A DNA stretch of 53,709 bases from Campylobacterota bacterium (GTDB lineage Bacteria; Campylobacterota; Campylobacteria; Campylobacterales; Arcobacteraceae). This document shows positions 49,105-53,709 of the stretch, in pieces; positions within the stretch are counted from its first letter, which is position 1; the number at the start of each line of letters is the position of its first letter. The DNA is taken from NCBI GenBank assembly GCA_051746405.1, contig JBNJFB010000012.1, positions 1-53,709 on the forward strand, in the 5' to 3' direction. The translations under genes and the position numbers were made by a program. The notes beneath the pieces are model-generated. The model saw only the letters and a program-made list of their open reading frames with translations, was not told where the DNA came from and ran no database searches.

Positions 49105-49203
49105 AAGAAATACTCGATAGTTCAAAAGATAAAGAAGTGGAATGTAGATAATAAGTTATTTTGAATAGTTTTGATAAAATAAACTAAATATTTAAAGGCT
49201 AGG
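49105..49203 (+). repeat. Repeat A copy 2 (99 bp)
   Basis: 93/99 identical to 50361-50459; last 58 bp identical. Confidence 0.92.
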
Positions 49204-49234
49204 GAAAATTTAGAAAAATAGGAAATTGTAGTTT

Positions 49235-49570
49235 ATGAAGAATTTAGGTAATGATAGAGATCAAAACTTCACTACTTTTGTCAAAGAGATAAAATCTAAA
49301 ATACTCTCATCTCAATACGAAGCACTCAAAGCCGTAAACAAAGAGTTAATAAATCTTTATTGGGATATTGGTAAAAATATTGTGCAAAAGCAAGAGCAGT
49401 TTGGCTGGGGAAAATCTGTGGTTAAAAATCTATCACATGAACTTCAAAAAGAGTTTGTCGGGATTAAAGGCTTTAGTGAACGAAACCTTTGGAATATGAG
49501 ACAGTTTTATAGTGAATACCATGAAAATAAAAAACTCCAGACATTGGTTGGAGAAATTAGTTGGACTAAA
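49235..49570 (+). pseudogene. N-terminal part of a YhcG/DUF1016 (PDDEXK nuclease family) gene
   Basis: AVNKELINLYWDIG, WGKSVV.NLS.ELQ, GFSERNLWNMRQFY, ISWT; homology stops at the inverted repeat. Confidence 0.85.
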
Positions 49571-50011
49571 ATAATGTTTAATTTTGAATGCTTAATTTTG
49601 AATCGGAACTATTGTGAAAGATAATATCATTTTAGACAAATCATTTCATTTTGCAGTTAGAATTGTGAAATTGTACAAATATTTATGTGCTGAGCAAAAA
49701 GAGTATGTATTGTCTAAGCAACTTCTTAGATGTGGTACTTCAATAGGGGCTAACATTAATGAAGCACAAGCTGGTCAATCAAAAGCTGATTTTATAGCTA
49801 AGATGAGTATAGCTAGTAAAGAAGCTAGAGAGACTAAGTACTGGATAGATTTATTAATAAAAACAAATTATTTAAGTAACGATGAAAATCATGTAAAATC
49901 TTTATTAAAAGATATGGAAGAGATAATAAAACTTTTTAACTTCAATAGTAAAAAGTAGTCAAGGGAATAGATGAATAATTTAAAATTAAAAATTAAAAAC
50001 TTAACATTATT
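49570..50011. mobile_element. 442-bp cassette bounded by 34-bp imperfect inverted repeats built from heptamers, carrying a four-helix-bundle gene
   Basis: 49570-49603 aataatgtttaattttgaatgcttaattttgaat versus the reverse complement of 49978-50011: 28/34 match. Confidence 0.6.
49614..49958 (+). CDS. Four helix bundle protein (TIGR02436 / 23S rRNA IVP / Avd-like), C-terminus apparently frameshifted
   Basis: KSFHFAVRIVKLY, LSKQLLRCGTSIGANINEA, SKADFIAKMSIASKEARETKYW; GTG start. Confidence 0.9.
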   Translation: MKDNIILDKSFHFAVRIVKLYKYLCAEQKEYVLSKQLLRCGTSIGANINEAQAGQSKADFIAKMSIASKEARETKYWIDLLIKTNYLSNDENHVKSLLKDMEEIIKLFNFNSKK

Positions 50012-50012
50012 A

Positions 50013-50285
50013 ATGCCAGAGTATGCAGGAAAGATGAACTTCTATCTATCAGTACTTAATGATACGATAAAACTACCAGATGAAAATCCATCCATAGGGA
50101 TTATTATTTGTAAAGAGAAAAAACGAACCACAGTAGAGTATGCACTCAAAGAGAGTAATCAACCTATAGGAATAGCTACTTATAAACTCACAGAATCACT
50201 GCCAAATGACTTAAAAGGACTTTTGCCAACTCCTAGTGAGATAAGTCAGAGACTAGAAAATTTATTGGACAAAATAAATAGATGA
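50013..50285 (+). pseudogene. C-terminal part of the YhcG/DUF1016 gene
   Basis: PEYAGKMNFYLS...ENPSIGIIICK.K..TVEYAL...PIGIATY...LP. Confidence 0.85.
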
Positions 50286-50360
50286 CTTTGCTTGATCAAG
50301 CAAAAAGTACAGTAGTGACAACAATAAAAATATTCAAATACAGGAACCAAATGAATCATC

Positions 50361-50459
50361 AAGAAGTACTTGATAGTTAAAAAGATATAGAAGTGGAGTG
50401 CAGATAATAAGTTATTTTGAATAGTTTTGATAAAATAAACTAAATATTTAAAGGCTAGG
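50361..50459 (+). repeat. Repeat A copy 3 (99 bp); supplies the promoter-like core and RBS of the YefM-YoeB module
   Basis: Contains TGATAAAAT (extended -10-like) and AAGG just before ATG 50462. Confidence 0.92.
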
Positions 50460-50461
50460 CT

Positions 50462-50728
50462 ATGAAAACGATAACATTAGAACAAGCAAACAAAGACTTA
50501 CTAAGTCATATTAATTATTCTTTACAAACTCATGATGAAGTCAATATAGCATCAGAAAGTGGTGCCATGATTATGTTACCTCAAGAAGATTATGAGTCTA
50601 TCATGGAAACAGTTAGACTTTTAGCTGATAAAAAATCACTCAAAGCATTACTAGATGCACACACACAAAGAGAGCAAGGACTTGAGCCAACTTCATATAG
50701 CATAGAGGATGTTTTTAGTGACTTATAA
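50462..50728 (+). CDS. Phd/YefM family antitoxin
   Basis: EDYESIMETVRLL motif; overlaps the downstream toxin. Confidence 0.85.
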   Translation: MKTITLEQANKDLLSHINYSLQTHDEVNIASESGAMIMLPQEDYESIMETVRLLADKKSLKALLDAHTQREQGLEPTSYSIEDVFSDL

Positions 50729-50987
50729 GATCAATATTTTAGAAAATGCAAATCAAGACCTAAACTACTTACGAAGAAATGATAAAAACTCATATGTAAA
50801 AGTGTTTGATCTTGTAAGAGAGATGATGGTTGATCCAAGAAGTGGTACTGGAAAACCAGAGAGATTGAAATATTTTGAGAAAGAGGTATATTCAAGACGA
50901 GTAAATCATAAAGATAGACTAGTATACACTATCTATGAAAGTGATAAAGTCATAGATATATCTTCAGCAAGAGGACATTATGAATAA
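50718..50987 (+). CDS. Txe/YoeB family toxin
   Basis: DPRSGTGKPERLKY, YSRRVNHKDRLVY, SARGHY; probable GTG start at 50718 after GAGG. Confidence 0.92.
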   Translation: MTYKINILENANQDLNYLRRNDKNSYVKVFDLVREMMVDPRSGTGKPERLKYFEKEVYSRRVNHKDRLVYTIYESDKVIDISSARGHYE

Positions 50988-50991
50988 GATA

Positions 50992-51075
50992 AAATTGTAT
51001 CTATATATTCAAACACAGGAACCAAATGAGCATCATCAAATTTGAAACAATAGAAAGCAAACTAATAAAATATCA
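50992..51075 (+). repeat. Repeat B copy (84 bp) directly after yoeB; encodes an RBS and the gene start MSIIKFETIESKLIKYH
   Basis: 82/84 identical to 52031-52114; partial copy at 50330-50362. Confidence 0.9.
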
Positions 51076-51364
51076 CTATCAGAACTATAAAAAATCTTTA
51101 CAGCCAGCGGTGTGAGTTTGAGATAGAGTATTTTAAAAAAGATAGCGATACATTTATTACCAATAAAGAAGTGCAAGAGAAAATACAAAAAGAGTATATC
51201 TATAAAATAGAAGATGAATGCAGTCTAAATGAGATAGTAACGGTGTATAAAAAACATGGATACTCTCTATCTCATGAAGATACGCAAGGAGCATTTAAGA
51301 TCCAAGGGTTAAAAGATGAAAATATTGAATGACCCAAAGAGTGCTTGCTATTTGAAAGGAAAAA

Positions 51365-51403
51365 GCAATGAGTGATTTTTTAACAGTAGAGCAGTTGATA
51401 AAT
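51365..51403 (+). repeat. Repeat C copy 1 (39 bp; gene start MSDFLTVEQL)
   Basis: 35/39 identical to 52978-53016. Confidence 0.8.
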
Positions 51404-51498
51404 GAACTGCAAAAGCATCCAAAAAACTCTCTAATAAAGAAAGTTTAAATGCTAAATACAGTAAAATAGATATCCATAGAGCCAATAAAGGATATAGA

Positions 51499-51711
51499 AT
51501 GCATACTTTAAAGCTAACAATTGAAGATGAAATTTATCATAATATCATGTTTTTATTGTCAAATCTAAATGTTCAAGGTCTCAAAATAGAAGAAGTTACT
51601 TATGAAGACTGGTCACATTTAGAATCGGAAATTGAGAAGGGATTAAATTCTGGTGTTAGCAGTAACTCTCATGAAGAAATTGTAAGTAAGATCAAGCAAA
51701 AATATGTATAA
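51499..51711 (+). CDS. Putative antitoxin (ParD-like C-terminus)
   Basis: 70 aa, LESEIEKGLNSG motif, AAGGA RBS, overlaps the ParE toxin start. Confidence 0.7.
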   Translation: MHTLKLTIEDEIYHNIMFLLSNLNVQGLKIEEVTYEDWSHLESEIEKGLNSGVSSNSHEEIVSKIKQKYV

Positions 51712-52015
51712 AATTCATTATTCAAATGAAGCAGAAAGTGATCTTGATAATGCAATTTCTCATATTGCAGATGAAAGTGTTGAAAATGCATTGAATTACT
51801 TAGCAAGATATGAAAGGAAAGTAGAACTTTTGAGCTTAAATCCATTTATGGGTGTTGAGTGTAAAAACAAACTTATACAAAGAGATTGTAGAGTTTTAGT
51901 GAATGAAAGTCATATCATAGTCTATAAAGTGCTAGAAGATAAAAGAGAGATATTTTTAATAAGAATATTTCATACTTCAGTGAACTATCCAACTAAATTG
52001 AATACAAAGTCATAA
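51704..52015 (+). CDS. RelE/ParE family toxin
   Basis: YSNEAESDL..AISHIA, L.LNPFMG, HIIVYKV, IFLIRIFH. Confidence 0.88.
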   Translation: MYKIHYSNEAESDLDNAISHIADESVENALNYLARYERKVELLSLNPFMGVECKNKLIQRDCRVLVNESHIIVYKVLEDKREIFLIRIFHTSVNYPTKLNTKS

Positions 52016-52030
52016 AAACAAAGTAGAAGT

Positions 52031-52114
52031 AAATTGTATCTATATATTCAAACACAGTAATCAAATGAGCATCATCAAATTTGAAACAATAGAAAGCAAA
52101 CTAATAAAATATCA
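52031..52114 (+). repeat. Repeat B copy directly after parE
   Basis: 82/84 identical to 50992-51075. Confidence 0.9.
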
Positions 52115-52244
52115 TGATGTACTGTATAAAATCGCAAATAATCAAAAGCAAAACCTCTCACCCCAAGCACTTCATCAAGTAAAAGTATGACTTCTAAATA
52201 TGGGATATCTTGACAAAAAAAATAAAATAATGGGAGTAAATTAA

Positions 52245-52988
52245 ATGAACTTTACTAAACTAGATAATCTCAAAGCAAAACTTGACAGCCATAGACCATT
52301 AAGCCCTGATATAGTGAAAAATCTACATGAAGATTTAGTGCTTCGATGGACTTATCATTCAAATGCTATTGAGGGCAATACTCTTACTTTACAAGAAACA
52401 AAAGTAGCACTAGAGGGTATCACAGTTGGTGGAAAACTTTTGCGAGAGCATTTTGAAGCTATCAACCACAAAGAAGCGATACTTTTTATAGAAGAGTTAA
52501 CTAAAAACGATGAACTACTAAGCCAACACACTATCAAACAAATTCATTCGCTCATTCTTAAAAATATAGATGATGAAAATAAAGGTAGGTATAGAAAAAC
52601 AAATGTGATCATAAGTGGTGCCCAGCATAAGCCACCTCAAAGTATAGAAGTACCATCAAAAATGGAAAACTTTATCAAAGAGTATGAACAAAAGAAAAAA
52701 ACTCTTCATCCTATAGAACTAGCTACTTGGGTACATATAGAGTTTGTAGGTATTCATCCATTTATTGATGGGAATGGTAGAACTTCAAGACTTCTTATGA
52801 ACTTAGAGCTTATCAAAGCTGGATATCCACCTGTAGTAATAAGCGTAGAAGATAGACTAGAATACTATAAAGCACTTGACACTGCTCATACTACAGGTGA
52901 TAACACTCTATTTTTAGAGCTTATGGAAAAAGTGGTAGAGAAAAGTTTTGAGCCATATTTTTATGTGTTGGGGATTGGCAATGAGTGA
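52245..52988 (+). CDS. Fic family protein with N-terminal autoinhibitory motif
   Basis: HPFIDGNGRTSR catalytic motif; SNAIEGN inhibitory motif. Confidence 0.93.
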   Translation: MNFTKLDNLKAKLDSHRPLSPDIVKNLHEDLVLRWTYHSNAIEGNTLTLQETKVALEGITVGGKLLREHFEAINHKEAILFIEELTKNDELLSQHTIKQIHSLILKNIDDENKGRYRKTNVIISGAQHKPPQSIEVPSKMENFIKEYEQKKKTLHPIELATWVHIEFVGIHPFIDGNGRTSRLLMNLELIKAGYPPVVISVEDRLEYYKALDTAHTTGDNTLFLELMEKVVEKSFEPYFYVLGIGNE

Positions 52989-53016
52989 GTTTTTAACAGT
53001 AGAGTAGCTGAAAAAT
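52978..53016 (+). repeat. Repeat C copy 2, overlapping the fic stop; its ORF is broken by CAG>TAG
   Basis: gcaatgagtgagtttttaacagtagagtagctgaaaaat. Confidence 0.8.
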
Positions 53017-53142
53017 ATTTGCAAGAAAAGATTATTTGAAAGGTTTATAAAAAAAACAAACTAATTTTTGTTCAAAATAATTGACAAATTAATATATATA
53101 AGCTAAAATTCAAATACTGAACGATAAAAGGAATTTAAGTAA

Positions 53143-53709
53143 ATGAAGATAGCAATAGCAGGAACAGGGTATGTGGGACTATCAAACGGACTACTATTAG
53201 CCCAATACAATGAAGTAGTAGCTTTAGATATAATCCCCCAAAAAGTAGAACTACTAAACAATAAAAAATCACCAATAGAAGATAAAGAGATAGAGCAATA
53301 TCTACAAAGAGATGATTTAAACTTCACAGCAACACTTGATAAACAAAAAGCATATAAAGACGCAGACTATATTATCATAGCAACGCCAACTGATTATGAT
53401 CCTGAGACAAACTACTTCAATATCAAATCAATAGAAGCGGTAGTAAAAGATGTACTAGAGATAAACCCAACTGCTACTATGGTAATAAAATCAACTATTC
53501 CTGTAGGCTATACAAAATCACTAAATCAATCACTAATGACTAATAACCAATCACCAAAAGTCATCTTCTCACCTGAGTTTTTAAGAGAAGGAAAAGCCCT
53601 CTATGACAATCTATACCCAAGTAGAATAATAGTAGGTGAACAAAGTGATAGAGCAACAGTATTTGCAAAACTACTAGCTGGGGGTGCTATCAAAAAAGAT
53701 ATCGATATT
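53143..53709 (+). CDS. ugd: UDP-glucose 6-dehydrogenase (partial, runs off the window; absent from the ORF track)
   Basis: [57 protein letters not shown]. Confidence 0.95.
   Translation, partial: MKIAIAGTGYVGLSNGLLLAQYNEVVALDIIPQKVELLNNKKSPIEDKEIEQYLQRDDLNFTATLDKQKAYKDADYIIIATPTDYDPETNYFNIKSIEAVVKDVLEINPTATMVIKSTIPVGYTKSLNQSLMTNNQSPKVIFSPEFLREGKALYDNLYPSRIIVGEQSDRATVFAKLLAGGAIKKDIDI

Noticed and set aside
49614..49958. Diversity-generating retroelement (Avd homologue)
   Set aside because: No reverse transcriptase and no TR/VR pair; differences between repeat copies are not adenine-specific.
49971..50012. N-terminal MNNLKLKIKNLTLL of the 104-aa ORF
   Set aside because: Translation of the right inverted repeat; YhcG homology begins at 50013.
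49235..50285. Clean intron splitting an intact yhcG
   Set aside because: Even after in-frame excision the central catalytic region of YhcG is missing, and there are no group I/II intron hallmarks.
48384..53016. Classical integron or second CRISPR array
   Set aside because: No intI in the window, the repeats lack RYYYAAC...GTTRRRY attC palindromes, and spacing is gene-sized and irregular.
53103..53327. 74-aa minus-strand ORF
   Set aside because: Antisense shadow of ugd, which starts at 53143 on the + strand.

Overview
Very AT-rich chromosomal window from a Campylobacterota bacterium, most likely Arcobacteraceae (inferred from gene content and protein style). From left to right: a minus-strand C5-dicarboxylate/CoA operon (three CitE-superfamily lyase domains, one fused to an acyl-CoA synthetase, plus mesaconyl-CoA hydratase); bioD; clpS-clpA; an orphan short flagellin; a lipoprotein cytochrome c; and a complete type I-B CRISPR-Cas locus (cas6-8-7-5-3-4-1-2, likely hidden cas11, 29 identical 30-bp repeats and 28 spacers, ending at an IS3-like end). 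Next come a bluB/ferredoxin-thioredoxin-reductase/rhodanese read-through ORF, housekeeping genes (ruvB, panB, trpA), a Fur-regulated iron cluster (feoAB, fur, DUF2325 gene, fldA), a cytochrome c peroxidase coupled to a PAS-GGDEF-EAL protein, corA and a TesA/ABC module. The last ~4.8 kb before ugd (start of a polysaccharide locus, truncated by the window end) is the most unusual part. It is a same-strand mosaic of toxin-antitoxin, Fic and nuclease modules joined by three families of dispersed direct repeats, with no integrase or transposase in the window. It also contains a four-helix-bundle gene bounded by 34-bp heptamer-built inverted repeats that sits in place of the middle of a yhcG/DUF1016 gene. 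All calls come from reading the sequence by eye; no database searches were run.
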